DNA of 64,000 nucleotides, from the NCBI GenBank assembly GCA_029935705.1, contig JAOZJU010000001.1, positions 162-64,161 on the forward strand, in the 5' to 3' direction. Source of the stretch: Arcobacteraceae bacterium. Its GTDB lineage: Bacteria; Campylobacterota; Campylobacteria; Campylobacterales; Arcobacteraceae. Below are positions 47,528 to 59,046 of this stretch, piece by piece. The translations under genes and the position numbers were made by a program. Within the stretch, counting starts at the first letter, position 1; each line of letters starts with the position of its first letter. The notes below the pieces were generated by a model, which worked only from the letters and a program-made list of their open reading frames with translations, searched no databases and was not told the DNA's origin.

Positions 47528-48096
47528 ACAATCCCTTTGGTGCTTGGAATACCAGCTTGCTTAGTTACAGTTAGTGCTTTTTTTAAACTTATAGCAAAAC
47601 TTTTAAATATAGATTCGATTATATGATGCTTATTTTTACCACGATTGTTTATGATATGACAAGATATTTTCATATTTGTAACCAATGCATAAAAAAACTC
47701 TTCTACAAGTTCAGTAGGCAACTCGCCCACAAAACCATCTATAGCCATATCAAATACAAGATATGGACGATTGCTAATATCTATAACAGTAGTAGATGAT
47801 GCTTCATCCATAACTATTGTGGCATCGCTAAACCTTTGGATATTTGATACTGGAAATATCTCGTTGTGCAAAGCTTGACCTAATACTATAGCACAATCTT
47901 CAACTGTATGGTGAGCATCTACTTCAATATCCCCTTTACATGTCAGATAGATATATATACCGCTATGTTTTGCAAAAGCTTCAAGCATATGGTCAAAAAA
48001 TCCAATACCAGTTTCTATCTTGCTCTGTTTTGTGTCATCTATACACAATTGACATACTATATCTGTCTCTTTTGTTTTTCTTTCAATCTTTGTCAT
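47524..48096 (-). CDS. hisB: Imidazoleglycerol-phosphate dehydratase (monofunctional)
   Basis: RKTKETDI, GIGFFDHML, DAHHTVED, HHIIES and IPSTKG motifs. 190 aa. Confidence 0.95.
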   Translation of the reverse strand: MTKIERKTKETDIVCQLCIDDTKQSKIETGIGFFDHMLEAFAKHSGIYIYLTCKGDIEVDAHHTVEDCAIVLGQALHNEIFPVSNIQRFSDATIVMDEASSTTVIDISNRPYLVFDMAIDGFVGELPTELVEEFFYALVTNMKISCHIINNRGKNKHHIIESIFKSFAISLKKALTVTKQAGIPSTKGIV

Positions 48097-48100
48097 ATAT

Positions 48101-48964
48101 CTACCTTGTTTGAACTATGAGACTATTTGTCCATGTTCTATCTTTATAATCTTGAGCCTCTTCTTTGGATCTAAATCCATCTATAAAAACTCTTCTATAT
48201 ATCTTGCTTCCAACTGTGCTATTTCTTATAACAGTTTTGTATGCACCGCCTACTTGTTTTTTGACTCGATTTTTAAACTTTATTGCTTTGTTTTTTTCCA
48301 AAAATGATGCTACTTGCAAAGAGTAGTTTTGATTTTCTTGTTGTTTTGCTCTTTTTGCTATTTTTGTTTTTTTTGTTTTTTTTGTGTTTTCGCATCTTTG
48401 AGCTTTTAAGACAGTCAGTTCTATCTTTGCAGTGCCAGCTTTATGCATATCTATTGCTCTTGCTGCTTTGTTTGAAAGGTCTATGATCCTGCCTGCTACA
48501 AATGGACCTCTGTCATTTATACGAACTACTACTTTTTTGTTGTTTTTTTTATTGTGGACACGAACTACAGTATGCATAGGCAAAGTTTTTGATGCTGCTG
48601 TCATAGCATACATATCGTATATCTCGCCATTTGATGTTTTTTTGCCATTGAAGTTTGGTCCATACCACGATGCTATACCTTCAAATCTATCGCCCACATC
48701 TACATATGTAGGGTAGTATCTTACCCCTCTTATGGTATATGGTCGCATGGTTGCTGGTGTTTTTTTGCACTTTTTTGTGGTTGTTTTGCCTTCTGGTTTT
48801 TGGTATTCATCATCTTCAACACTGCCCTCATCGCCACGAATTATTCGTATATCACCACCAAATGTTCCTTCAACTCTATCATGAGTGAGTGTAAATTTGC
48901 TCGAACAACCAGTTATCAATGCCATAAAAACAAATACAAATACAAACGATACTCTATTTATCAT
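48101..48964 (-). CDS. rlpA: Septal ring lytic transglycosylase RlpA (DPBB + SPOR domains), lipoprotein
   Basis: Lipobox LITGCSS, GIASWYGPNFNGKKTSNGEIYD...VRINDRGPF (DPBB) and a C-terminal SPOR-like YSLQVASF...VFIDGF. Confidence 0.85.
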   Translation of the reverse strand: MINRVSFVFVFVFMALITGCSSKFTLTHDRVEGTFGGDIRIIRGDEGSVEDDEYQKPEGKTTTKKCKKTPATMRPYTIRGVRYYPTYVDVGDRFEGIASWYGPNFNGKKTSNGEIYDMYAMTAASKTLPMHTVVRVHNKKNNKKVVVRINDRGPFVAGRIIDLSNKAARAIDMHKAGTAKIELTVLKAQRCENTKKTKKTKIAKRAKQQENQNYSLQVASFLEKNKAIKFKNRVKKQVGGAYKTVIRNSTVGSKIYRRVFIDGFRSKEEAQDYKDRTWTNSLIVQTR

Positions 48965-50031
48965 CTTATTACCTTTAATCTATCTAATAATTTTTGTGTG
49001 ATATTCTCATATGGAATGTAAAGATTATATCCTTTTTTTGCTGAAACTATTATTTTTTTTCTAATATGTTTGTTTAAAGTTGATAGCTTCTGTGTAGATA
49101 AGTTTGCAAGTGATGCTATATTTTCAAGATTGAGGTCTCCTGTTAGTTCAAATTTTTTGATACTATCATTTGCTCCTATATTTAAAAGATGTGTGTTGTT
49201 TTTATCTATCAAAAAACTTTTTTGGCTCATGATAGCAAGTGAGAGTATCTTTTTAAGATACCTTCTGCTCTCTTGTGGAAAATATTGTCTTTTTTGATCC
49301 TTTTGGACTCTTAAAAGATATTCAAGAGGTGGAAGTGGTCCTAACTTCTTGATTTTTTTATATGTTTTGTATAGTGTCGAAAATCCTACTCTTTTTTGTT
49401 GATATTTTCTTATAGTTTTAGCATAGTGTTTGGTGGTTCTTGATGAACCATTTTTTTCTACATATCTGTCTAAAATAGCCCTCGCCATTGCTTCATATAC
49501 TCTGCCCTCGCCACAATTGTATCCTAAGACAGCAAGATACCAACTGCCGAAAATCTTTTTTTGATAACCCAGATACAATATGGCAGCTTTTGTTGATTTG
49601 ACTATATCCATCCTGTCATCAAACTGTTGATTTATGACCAAATCATATCGTCTAGCTGTTGATTTCATAAACTGCCAGACCCCTTTTGCTCTTTTTCGTG
49701 ATTTTGCACCGGTATTAAAATAGGATTCAGCCATAGCAAGATACAAAAATGTTTGTGGTATATTGTTTTCATAAAGAAGCTTTTTTATCTTTGGTAAAAA
49801 TGGCATAGCTGTGTTTAGACTCTCTTGATATTTATTTTTATTGTATAGCATCATATCATTATATACCTCAATAAAACTTTTGTTGTATATATAACTCTCA
49901 TCTATATCAAAAGATCTAATCACATCTATATCGTTTTGTAAAAAACCCCTATCTATGTGGTTTGCAGATAGATATATAGAAAAAAAGCAAAAAAGCAAAA
50001 TTTTAAATAACATTAAAAAGCCTTGTAGCAT
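48961..50031 (-). CDS. Lytic murein transglycosylase (SLT domain)
   Basis: YLAMAESYFN (catalytic Glu-Ser), AKGVWQFM and AVLGYNCGEG motifs, with a signal peptide. Confidence 0.75.
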   Translation of the reverse strand: MLQGFLMLFKILLFCFFSIYLSANHIDRGFLQNDIDVIRSFDIDESYIYNKSFIEVYNDMMLYNKNKYQESLNTAMPFLPKIKKLLYENNIPQTFLYLAMAESYFNTGAKSRKRAKGVWQFMKSTARRYDLVINQQFDDRMDIVKSTKAAILYLGYQKKIFGSWYLAVLGYNCGEGRVYEAMARAILDRYVEKNGSSRTTKHYAKTIRKYQQKRVGFSTLYKTYKKIKKLGPLPPLEYLLRVQKDQKRQYFPQESRRYLKKILSLAIMSQKSFLIDKNNTHLLNIGANDSIKKFELTGDLNLENIASLANLSTQKLSTLNKHIRKKIIVSAKKGYNLYIPYENITQKLLDRLKVIR

Positions 50032-50779
50032 TTATGGTGCTTTGGTTTTGAATCTCTTGGTCTGTTTTGTTTAATATCTTTGCAATTTTTTTAGATATAT
50101 CTATACAATATTTTGGTTCATTTCTTTTGCCTCTGTTTGGCTCTGGAGTTAGATATGGAGCATCTGTTTCTATAAGCAACCTATCATACGGTATAGAGGG
50201 TAAAATCTCTTGAAGTTGTTTGGCATTTTTAAATGTAACAACTCCTCCTATACCAAAATAAAAATTGTGTTTTGCCATATCTATCAATATATTTGAGGCA
50301 TTAAAACAGTGCAACACCCCACCTACGATATTTGCTTTTTGTGCTATCAAAATATCTTTAGATGGTTCGCTTGCATCTCTTATATGCACAATAAGTGGCT
50401 TTTTGTATCTAATAGCCAGTTTTATTTGCAAGATGAAAATATCTTTTTGTTTTTTGATTGTATCTCTTTTTTCTTCTTCATTTTGTGGCAGTCTATAATA
50501 ATCCAACCCACACTCTCCTACAGCTACACACTTTTTATGGTTGATATAGTTTTTTAAGAGTGATTCATCAAAACTATCTATATCATATGGATGACAACCA
50601 ACTGCAAAATATACTTCACTATATTTTTCACTTAATTTTACAGCTTGAAGCAGATCTTTTGCACTCGCTCCTGGGATTATAAACTTTTTTACTCCACACT
50701 TTATAGCATCTTTTATCACAAGATCTATATCATTTTTAAATCTGCTGTGGTCAAGATGAGTGTGAGTGTCTATTATCAC
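50003..50779 (-). CDS. tatD: TatD family metal-dependent hydrolase
   Basis: MIIDTHTHLDH, GECGLDY, VHIRDA, LHCF and ETDAPYL motifs. Confidence 0.9.
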   Translation of the reverse strand: MIIDTHTHLDHSRFKNDIDLVIKDAIKCGVKKFIIPGASAKDLLQAVKLSEKYSEVYFAVGCHPYDIDSFDESLLKNYINHKKCVAVGECGLDYYRLPQNEEEKRDTIKKQKDIFILQIKLAIRYKKPLIVHIRDASEPSKDILIAQKANIVGGVLHCFNASNILIDMAKHNFYFGIGGVVTFKNAKQLQEILPSIPYDRLLIETDAPYLTPEPNRGKRNEPKYCIDISKKIAKILNKTDQEIQNQSTINATRLFNVI

Positions 50780-52107
50780 AATATATACCTCGTGCTATCC
50801 TCATTTTGGATTATATTGTCAAGTTTTTCTTGAACCATTTTTTTTGTCACTTTTATAGTCTCTCCGCTTTTTTCATCTGCATCAAAACTTATATCTTCAA
50901 GAACCTTCTCAAGCACGGTATGAAGCCGTCTTGCTCCTATATCTTCAGTTTTTTCATTTGCTATTGCACTTAATTTTGCAAACTGCTTGATAGCTTCATC
51001 TTCAAAAATAAGTGTGACACCTTCTACTTTAAGCAAAGCTTCATACTGTTTGAGCAAAGAGTTTTTGGTATTTGTAAGAATCTTATATAAAGCCTCTTCA
51101 TCAAGAGCTTCGAGTTCTACTCTCAATGGAAATCGCCCTTGAAGTTCTGGCAACATATCGCTAGGACTACTTATATGAAATGCACCTGCTGCTATAAACA
51201 ATACATGATCAGTGCTTACTCTTCCGTATTTTGTATTGACAGAACTTCCCTCTACGATAGGCAAAAGGTCTCGTTGAACTCCTTGTTTGCTTGGGTCTTG
51301 GTGTTGGCCGTTGCTGTTATCTACAATTTTATCAATCTCATCAAGGAAAATTATACCACCATTTTCTACTTTTGATATCGCATCTTTTTTGATAAGCTCC
51401 TCATCGAGAAGTTCATCTTTTGCTATTGATTTGAGTAGCTCTTTGGCTTGTTTAACTGTAGTTTTTTTATCTATTGTCTCGTTTTTAGAGTTTTTAAGCA
51501 TATTTCCTATAGAATCTTGTATAATTTGCATATCTACCATAGGCATATTTGTATCTAATATCTCTACTGTTCGTTTTTTGGGCATTTTTATAACTATCTC
51601 TTTATCGTCCATATCGCCATTTAATACTTTTTGCTCCATTTTGTTGTAGGTTTTTATAAATGATTCTTGAGATGATTGTGTAGCATTTTTTGGAAGTGGT
51701 GGCACTAAGATTTGGACAATTTTTCGTATCACCTCTTTTTGGATATTCTCTTTCATCTTCTCTTCAAACTCTTTTGTGGATATGTTTATAGCATCAGCTA
51801 CAAGATCGCGAACCATAGACTCTACATCTCTTCCTACATAACCCACTTCAGTATATTTGCTCGCTTCTACTTTTGCAAATGGCAAATTCATCATCTTTGT
51901 CAATCGTCTTGCTATCTCTGTCTTGCCTACTCCTGTGTTTCCTATCATTAGGATATTTTTTGGCATTATCTCATCTTGGAGTTTTTTGTTCAATTGCATT
52001 CGTCTATATCTTGTGCGAAGTGCTAAAGCTATCGTTCTTTTTGCTTTGTTTTGTCCTATTATATAGTCATCAAGATATTCTACAATCTGTTTTGGCGACA
52101 TATCCAT
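50776..52107 (-). CDS. hslU: ATP-dependent protease ATPase subunit HslU
   Basis: PKQIVEYLDDYIIGQ, Walker A GNTGVGKTEIARRL, IIFLDEIDK and GARRLHTVLE. Confidence 0.95.
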   Translation of the reverse strand: MDMSPKQIVEYLDDYIIGQNKAKRTIALALRTRYRRMQLNKKLQDEIMPKNILMIGNTGVGKTEIARRLTKMMNLPFAKVEASKYTEVGYVGRDVESMVRDLVADAINISTKEFEEKMKENIQKEVIRKIVQILVPPLPKNATQSSQESFIKTYNKMEQKVLNGDMDDKEIVIKMPKKRTVEILDTNMPMVDMQIIQDSIGNMLKNSKNETIDKKTTVKQAKELLKSIAKDELLDEELIKKDAISKVENGGIIFLDEIDKIVDNSNGQHQDPSKQGVQRDLLPIVEGSSVNTKYGRVSTDHVLFIAAGAFHISSPSDMLPELQGRFPLRVELEALDEEALYKILTNTKNSLLKQYEALLKVEGVTLIFEDEAIKQFAKLSAIANEKTEDIGARRLHTVLEKVLEDISFDADEKSGETIKVTKKMVQEKLDNIIQNEDSTRYIL

Positions 52108-52364
52108 ATATTTGTTTCCCTTATTTTGTATATAAAGGTATTATACTATAATATTCTTAAGAGCACCACCAAAAAGAGCAAGAGGTGGGTTAAAACAACT
52201 CTCTTGTTGATTAAAAAGCAAGACAAAAAGAAAACTTTATGCAAAATAGCTTACAAAATCTTCAATTATCAGTATAATCGTTAACTTTTATTAAAACTAT
52301 TTTTAAAGAATTTTTCACATATGTAGATAATATCAGTTTAGTAGAGGTTAGCTTAATAATTTTA

Positions 52365-52373
52365 TGATATAAT
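52365..52373 (+). promoter_or_regulatory. Extended -10 (TGaTATAAT) upstream of the atp operon
   Basis: Perfect TGATATAAT 27 nt upstream of ATG 52400. GGAG SD at 52391-52394. Confidence 0.4.
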
Positions 52374-52399
52374 AGACAAATTTAAATTATGGAGCAAAG

Positions 52400-52822
52400 A
52401 TGTTAGATATTGACCCAATGTTACTTTTGATTTCTGCTGTAGTGTTTTTGATGCTGCTTACAATTTTAAACAAGATATTGTTTAAGCCGTTATCGTATCA
52501 TATGCAAATAAGAGACGAAGAGATACAAAGCCAGCTAAAGATACTCAAAAACAATGATCAAAAAGTTGAACTTATCAAAAAAGAAGCAAACGATATGCTT
52601 TTTGAAGCAAAAATGAAAAGCAAAAGCATAAGAGATGTTGCGATAGAAAAAGCAAACAAAAAGGCAAACAAGCTTATATCATCGGCAAAAGCAGATGAGA
52701 ATAGTCGGTATGAGGTATTTTTATCCACTCTTGAAGTGCAGATGCAAAAACTTCACTATAGCTTAAAAGATGAAAGAGACAATTATCTAAAACAGATAAA
52801 TCAAAAAGTCACATCTATATAA
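52400..52822 (+). CDS. atpF': F0F1 ATP synthase subunit b'
   Basis: One N-terminal TM helix and a long charged helix. It is the first of two b-type genes before atpH. Confidence 0.8.
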   Translation: MLDIDPMLLLISAVVFLMLLTILNKILFKPLSYHMQIRDEEIQSQLKILKNNDQKVELIKKEANDMLFEAKMKSKSIRDVAIEKANKKANKLISSAKADENSRYEVFLSTLEVQMQKLHYSLKDERDNYLKQINQKVTSI

Positions 52823-52838
52823 TAAAAGGGGGAAATAT

Positions 52839-53357
52839 ATGAAAAAAATTGTGCCGTTGTTTATCTTATTTTTTTTACCAGTAGTTGTTTTTGCTTCAGC
52901 TGGAGAAGATATGCAAACAGATATTGTTCAAAGAAGTTTTAACTTTGTTTTATTTGTTTTGATACTATATTATCTACTTGCTGATAAAATCAAAGCTTAT
53001 TTTAAAAACAGAACAAATGAGATTAAAAATAGTTTTGAAAATATCGAGAAGTTGAAAAAAGAAAATGAAGAAAAACTTTCAGATGCTAGAGTAGAGTTAG
53101 AAAAAGCAAAAATTTTATCACTAAAGATTGTAGATGAAGCTACATCTTCTTGTGATACAATTGAAAAGAAAATTATCCAAGAAGCAGGTGAAACGATAGA
53201 AAATATGAGTAAAAAATTTGATGAAAGCATCTCCGTGCAAACAACAAAAGCTACAAAAAAGGTAGTAGATGATTTTATCACAGATCTATTAGCAAACAAA
53301 GATATTGATATAAAAACAGAAGATATAACAGATATCATATTAAAAAAGGTGGCATGA
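52839..53357 (+). CDS. atpF: F0F1 ATP synthase subunit b
   Basis: TM helix plus an extended coiled helix. 172 aa, directly upstream of atpH. Confidence 0.8.
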   Translation: MKKIVPLFILFFLPVVVFASAGEDMQTDIVQRSFNFVLFVLILYYLLADKIKAYFKNRTNEIKNSFENIEKLKKENEEKLSDARVELEKAKILSLKIVDEATSSCDTIEKKIIQEAGETIENMSKKFDESISVQTTKATKKVVDDFITDLLANKDIDIKTEDITDIILKKVA

Positions 53358-53358
53358 T

Positions 53359-53880
53359 ATGAGTAGTATGATAGCCTCAAGATATGCCCAAGCAGTTATA
53401 AACGACAAAGATGTCAAAAATATCTCACAACAACTTCAAGAGATAAGCCAAGCATATCAAAGTAAAAAATTTATAACAATATTAGAAACAAAAGATATAC
53501 CAACAGACAAAAAAGAGGAACTTTTGATAAGTTTTGTAAAAAATTGCAGTCAAACTACTGTAAATCTCATAAAACTTATGGCTCAAAATGGTAGGCTTGA
53601 TATGTTACATAGAGTATCAAAAGAGCTAAAAGATGAGTTATCCAAAAGAGATAGAACTTATGAAGGTGAGGTTTTTTCTAAAGATAGTTTGACAAAAGAG
53701 CAACTATCCTATTTGGAAAAAAGTTTGTCTAAAAAGTTTGATATAGATCTTACTTTACATAAAAGTAAAAGTGAATTTGATGGTGTCAAGGTCAAGATAG
53801 ATGGACTTGATATAGAGGTAGGATTTTCAAAAGAAAATTTCAAAGATAGACTAAAACGACATATTTTAAAAGCAATTTAA
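53359..53880 (+). CDS. atpH: F0F1 ATP synthase subunit delta (OSCP)
   Basis: IASRYAQAV start and 173 aa, located between atpF and atpA. Confidence 0.85.
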   Translation: MSSMIASRYAQAVINDKDVKNISQQLQEISQAYQSKKFITILETKDIPTDKKEELLISFVKNCSQTTVNLIKLMAQNGRLDMLHRVSKELKDELSKRDRTYEGEVFSKDSLTKEQLSYLEKSLSKKFDIDLTLHKSKSEFDGVKVKIDGLDIEVGFSKENFKDRLKRHILKAI

Positions 53881-53892
53881 AGGAGAAAATAG

Positions 53893-55410
53893 ATGAGTGC
53901 AAAAATTCATGCAGACGAGATAAGTTCAATCATAAAAGAACGAATTGATAATTTTGAGTTAAATATAGAGGTAGATGAAACAGGCAAGGTGATATCTTTT
54001 GCTGATGGGATAGCAAAAGTATATGGTCTTAACAATGTTATGGCTGGAGAACTTGTAGAGTTTGACAATGGTGCAAGAGGACTGGCTCAAAACTTAGAAG
54101 AGAGATCAGTAGGTATAGTTATCTTAGGTTCTAGCGATGGTTTAAAAGAGGGTTCAAGCTGTAAAAGACTTGGCAAGCTTCTTGAAGTGCCAGTTGGCAG
54201 TGGTTCGTTAGGACGAGTCGTAGATGCATTAGGTGAGCCTATAGATGGCAAGGGTGCTATTCAAGCATCAAAAACTATGTTTGTAGAAGAGAAAGCACCA
54301 GGTATTATGGCAAGAAAATCGGTCCACGAACCTCTAACTACTGGTATCAAAGCTATCGATGCACTTGTGCCAATAGGTCGGGGTCAAAGAGAACTTATCA
54401 TAGGCGATAGACAAACTGGTAAAACAACAGTTGCTATAGATGCTATCATAAATCAAAAAAATCAAGATGTCAAGTGTATATATGTAGCAATTGGTCAAAA
54501 AGATTCATCAATAGCAAATATAGTTGGAGCTTTGGAAGAAGCTGGAGCTATGTCATATACTACCATAGTTGTTGCAGGTGCGAGCGAATCAAGTGCTTTG
54601 CAATTTTTAGCTCCATATTCTGGTGTTACTATGGGAGAGTATTATAGAGACAATGGTCAGCATGCTCTTATCATATACGATGACTTAAGTAAACATGCGG
54701 TAGCTTATAGAGAGATGTCTTTGTTGTTAAGAAGACCACCAGGACGAGAGGCATATCCAGGAGATGTATTTTATCTACACTCAAGACTGCTTGAAAGAGC
54801 GGCAAAAGTCAACGATGAGTTAGGAGGAGGATCTTTAACAGCACTTCCTATCATAGAAACACAAGCAGGAGATGTCGCTGCATATATTCCTACAAATGTT
54901 ATATCTATAACAGATGGACAGATATTTTTAGAAACCAATCTTTTCAACTCTGGAATAAGACCAGCTATAAATGTAGGGTTGTCTGTATCAAGAGTAGGAG
55001 GTGCTGCACAGATTAAAGCTACCAAACAAGTAGCAGGTACTCTTAAACTTGACTTAGCACAGTTTAGAGAACTTGAAGCTTTTGCACAGTTTGCTTCTGA
55101 TTTAGATGCATCAACTAGAGCTCAATTGGAGCGTGGTCAGCGAATGGTTGAGTTGCTAAAACAAGGGGTTAATAAACCGCTTGCAATAGAAAAACAAGTA
55201 TCAATCTTATATGCAGGAGTCAATGGTTTTTTAGATGATATAGATGTCAACAAAATAGTCAAATATGAAGATGAGTTTCATATATTTATGGAACAAACTT
55301 ACGAATCAGTATTAAACAGCATAGCTAAAAAAACCAAAATTGATGATGAGATAAAAGTAGAACTTGAAAAAGCTATTGATGAGTTTACGACTGTGTTTAA
55401 AGCAAAATAG
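53893..55410 (+). CDS. atpA: F0F1 ATP synthase subunit alpha
   Basis: Walker A GDRQTGKT, plus [21 protein letters not shown] and [22 protein letters not shown]. Confidence 0.98.
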   Translation: MSAKIHADEISSIIKERIDNFELNIEVDETGKVISFADGIAKVYGLNNVMAGELVEFDNGARGLAQNLEERSVGIVILGSSDGLKEGSSCKRLGKLLEVPVGSGSLGRVVDALGEPIDGKGAIQASKTMFVEEKAPGIMARKSVHEPLTTGIKAIDALVPIGRGQRELIIGDRQTGKTTVAIDAIINQKNQDVKCIYVAIGQKDSSIANIVGALEEAGAMSYTTIVVAGASESSALQFLAPYSGVTMGEYYRDNGQHALIIYDDLSKHAVAYREMSLLLRRPPGREAYPGDVFYLHSRLLERAAKVNDELGGGSLTALPIIETQAGDVAAYIPTNVISITDGQIFLETNLFNSGIRPAINVGLSVSRVGGAAQIKATKQVAGTLKLDLAQFRELEAFAQFASDLDASTRAQLERGQRMVELLKQGVNKPLAIEKQVSILYAGVNGFLDDIDVNKIVKYEDEFHIFMEQTYESVLNSIAKKTKIDDEIKVELEKAIDEFTTVFKAK

Positions 55411-55419
55411 GGACAGTTT

Positions 55420-56304
55420 ATGGCTAACTTAAAAGATATTTCAAGACAGATAAAGAGTGTCAAAAACACCCAAAAGACTACAAAAGCTATGAAGCTTGTG
55501 TCATCTGCAAAACTCAAAAAAGCACAAAAGTTATCGCAAGAAGCACAAAAATACAATCAAAAACTATCTGATATTTTATCTGATATAGCTACAAGATTGT
55601 CGATGGTGCAAAACGATGAAAACCAACACAAAGCTTTGGTAGCTTGCGACAAACCAAAGATAGTGGATTTGGTTTTTATCACAGCAGACAAAGGTTTGTG
55701 TGGTGGTTTTAATATGACTACGATCAAACAAGTTAAAGAGTTGATGAGCAGTTACAACAAAGATGGAGTAGAGGTTAGATTGAGAGTAAGTGGTAGAAAA
55801 GGTATTGATTATTTTTCATTTGCAGATATCAAACTCACTCAAAAAATCATAGGATTGTCAGCTTCGCCTACATACGATAAAGCAGTTGAGTTTATCAAAG
55901 ATTGTTTTGATGACTTTATAAGTGGCAAAACAGATAAAGTAATATTGGTACATAATGGATTTTTAAATATGCTTTCACAAGAGTTAAAGACAAAAACATT
56001 GTTGCCTATAACAATAGAGCCAAAAATGATAGACAAAACAGCATCTATGCTTTATATAGAACCAGATGACAGCGAAGAGGTATTGAGCGAACTTATAGGT
56101 AAATATGTTGATTTTTCTACATATTATTCATTGATTGATTCGTTATCAGCAGAACATAGTGCAAGAATGCAAGCTATGGAAAATGCGACAAACAATGCAA
56201 ACGACAAGGTAAATGACTTGACAGTTGAGTTCAACAAAGCAAGACAAGCAGCAATTACTACAGAACTTATAGAGATAATCTCTGGAGTTGAAGCACAAAA
56301 ATAA
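55420..56304 (+). CDS. atpG: F0F1 ATP synthase subunit gamma
   Basis: MANLKDISRQIKSVKNTQKTTKAMKLVSSAKL and C-terminal ITTELIEIISGVEA. Confidence 0.95.
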   Translation: MANLKDISRQIKSVKNTQKTTKAMKLVSSAKLKKAQKLSQEAQKYNQKLSDILSDIATRLSMVQNDENQHKALVACDKPKIVDLVFITADKGLCGGFNMTTIKQVKELMSSYNKDGVEVRLRVSGRKGIDYFSFADIKLTQKIIGLSASPTYDKAVEFIKDCFDDFISGKTDKVILVHNGFLNMLSQELKTKTLLPITIEPKMIDKTASMLYIEPDDSEEVLSELIGKYVDFSTYYSLIDSLSAEHSARMQAMENATNNANDKVNDLTVEFNKARQAAITTELIEIISGVEAQK

Positions 56305-57699
<1,395 letters not shown>

Positions 57700-57710
57700 A
57701 AGGTCAAATT

Positions 57711-58094
57711 ATGAAATCAATAAATCTATCAATCACAACTCCAACTGGTGAGATATTTGATGAGTTAGTAAGTTCTCTCACACTTCCTGGCAAAGAGGGA
57801 GAGTTTGGAGTATTGCCAGGACATGCATCTTTAGTATCTACTTTAGGTGTAGGTGTGATTATCATAGAAAAACTTGATAAAGTGCAAGAAGCTGTAGCTA
57901 TCAACTGGGGTTATGCAAATGTAAATGAGCATAGAGTTGATGTGATTGTAGACAAAGCTATATCTTTAAGTAGCGATGACAACTCATCAACATCTGCTAA
58001 AATAAAAGCAGCAAATGAACTTGTATCATCAGTAAGCGATAATAGTAGTTTGATATCTTCTGTCAAATCACAAATATCCTCATTTGGATCGTAG
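57711..58094 (+). CDS. atpC: F0F1 ATP synthase subunit epsilon
   Basis: LPGKEGEFGVLPGHASLVSTL motif. 127 aa, following atpD. Confidence 0.9.
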   Translation: MKSINLSITTPTGEIFDELVSSLTLPGKEGEFGVLPGHASLVSTLGVGVIIIEKLDKVQEAVAINWGYANVNEHRVDVIVDKAISLSSDDNSSTSAKIKAANELVSSVSDNSSLISSVKSQISSFGS

Positions 58095-58655
58095 ATGAAT
58101 ACTATTTTTGATTATTTTAGCAACAGTGGAACTATTGGCACTATAGTGCTTTTGGTGCTTTCATTTTATCTATTTTTGGTATTTTATATATATATTTATA
58201 AACATATATCACTAAACAGAGTTTTAGATGTAGAGAAAAAATCACTCTCATATCTCGCAAGCGGAGGGGATATATCTGGTATTATCTCTAAACTTGGTAA
58301 ATGTATAGGAAACTCTGTAGTATCAAAAGAGTTGTTAAAAGCTTGTGAAACCTCGCTCTTAAGAGAATTAAGCAGTGGCACGACATGGTTATCGATAGTC
58401 GCATCTACTGCTCCTTTTATTGGATTGTTTGGAACTGTTGTAGGGATATTGGATTCATTTTCAAAATTTTCAACACACTCACGAGTTAGTTTTAGTATCA
58501 TAGCTCCAGCTATAAGTGAAGCATTAGTCGCAACTGCCGCTGGTATTTTTGTAGCGATATTTGCATATACTTTTCATCAGTTGATCATAAGAAAATTGTA
58601 TATTATCAATACATATTTACAATCACAATCAGAGATATTGTTGCTAAAAGGTTAA
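58095..58655 (+). CDS. MotA/TolQ/ExbB proton-channel protein (Tol-Pal associated)
   Basis: Three TM helices and APFIGLFGTVVGI...ISEALVATAAGI. It starts on the base after the atpC stop. Confidence 0.85.
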   Translation: MNTIFDYFSNSGTIGTIVLLVLSFYLFLVFYIYIYKHISLNRVLDVEKKSLSYLASGGDISGIISKLGKCIGNSVVSKELLKACETSLLRELSSGTTWLSIVASTAPFIGLFGTVVGILDSFSKFSTHSRVSFSIIAPAISEALVATAAGIFVAIFAYTFHQLIIRKLYIINTYLQSQSEILLLKG

Positions 58656-58656
58656 A

Positions 58657-59046
58657 ATGTATAGTTTTGAACAAAAACCAGATCTAAATATCACACCACT
58701 TGTGGATGTAATGTTGGTGCTATTGGCTATCATGATGGTAACAGCTCCAGTGATCGAATATGAAGAATCTATCAATCTGCCAAAAGGTAGTAGATCAAAA
58801 ACAATTACACAAAGTAAAAAAATTGATATTCAGATGTTAAAAGATAATGAAGTCTTGATAAACAAAGATAAAATAAAATTGCAAAATTTTGCAGATAGTT
58901 TTGTACTTTTTGCAAAAGGCAAAAGCAGAGATACACCTGTGCATATAAGGGCAGACAAAAATCTAAAATATAGTTCGGTCATGGAGGTACTAAGAGGCAT
59001 AAAAGAGGTTGGATTTTTGAAGGTTTCGTTGATTACAAATGAATAG
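58657..59046 (+). CDS. ExbD/TolR family protein
   Basis: NITPLVDVMLVLLAIMMV TM with the conserved Asp, and a periplasmic domain VHIRADKNLKYSSVMEVL. Confidence 0.85.
   Translation: MYSFEQKPDLNITPLVDVMLVLLAIMMVTAPVIEYEESINLPKGSRSKTITQSKKIDIQMLKDNEVLINKDKIKLQNFADSFVLFAKGKSRDTPVHIRADKNLKYSSVMEVLRGIKEVGFLKVSLITNE

Noticed and set aside
48340-48400. (GTTTTTTTT)x2 and related T-runs inside rlpA, and K-rich tracts in the TolA-like gene (59200-59460), considered as possible slippage sites.
   Set aside because: These are imperfect, low-copy repeats encoding lysine-rich linkers. Unlike the exact 7-nt x4 repeat at 34697-34724, they do not form a regular unit array.
52108-52399. Search for a degraded hslV pseudogene upstream of hslU.
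   Set aside because: The minus-strand frames are full of stops, and I saw nothing resembling the HslV N-terminal Thr-protease motif (TTI...GDGQ). I treat the region as genuine intergenic sequence.
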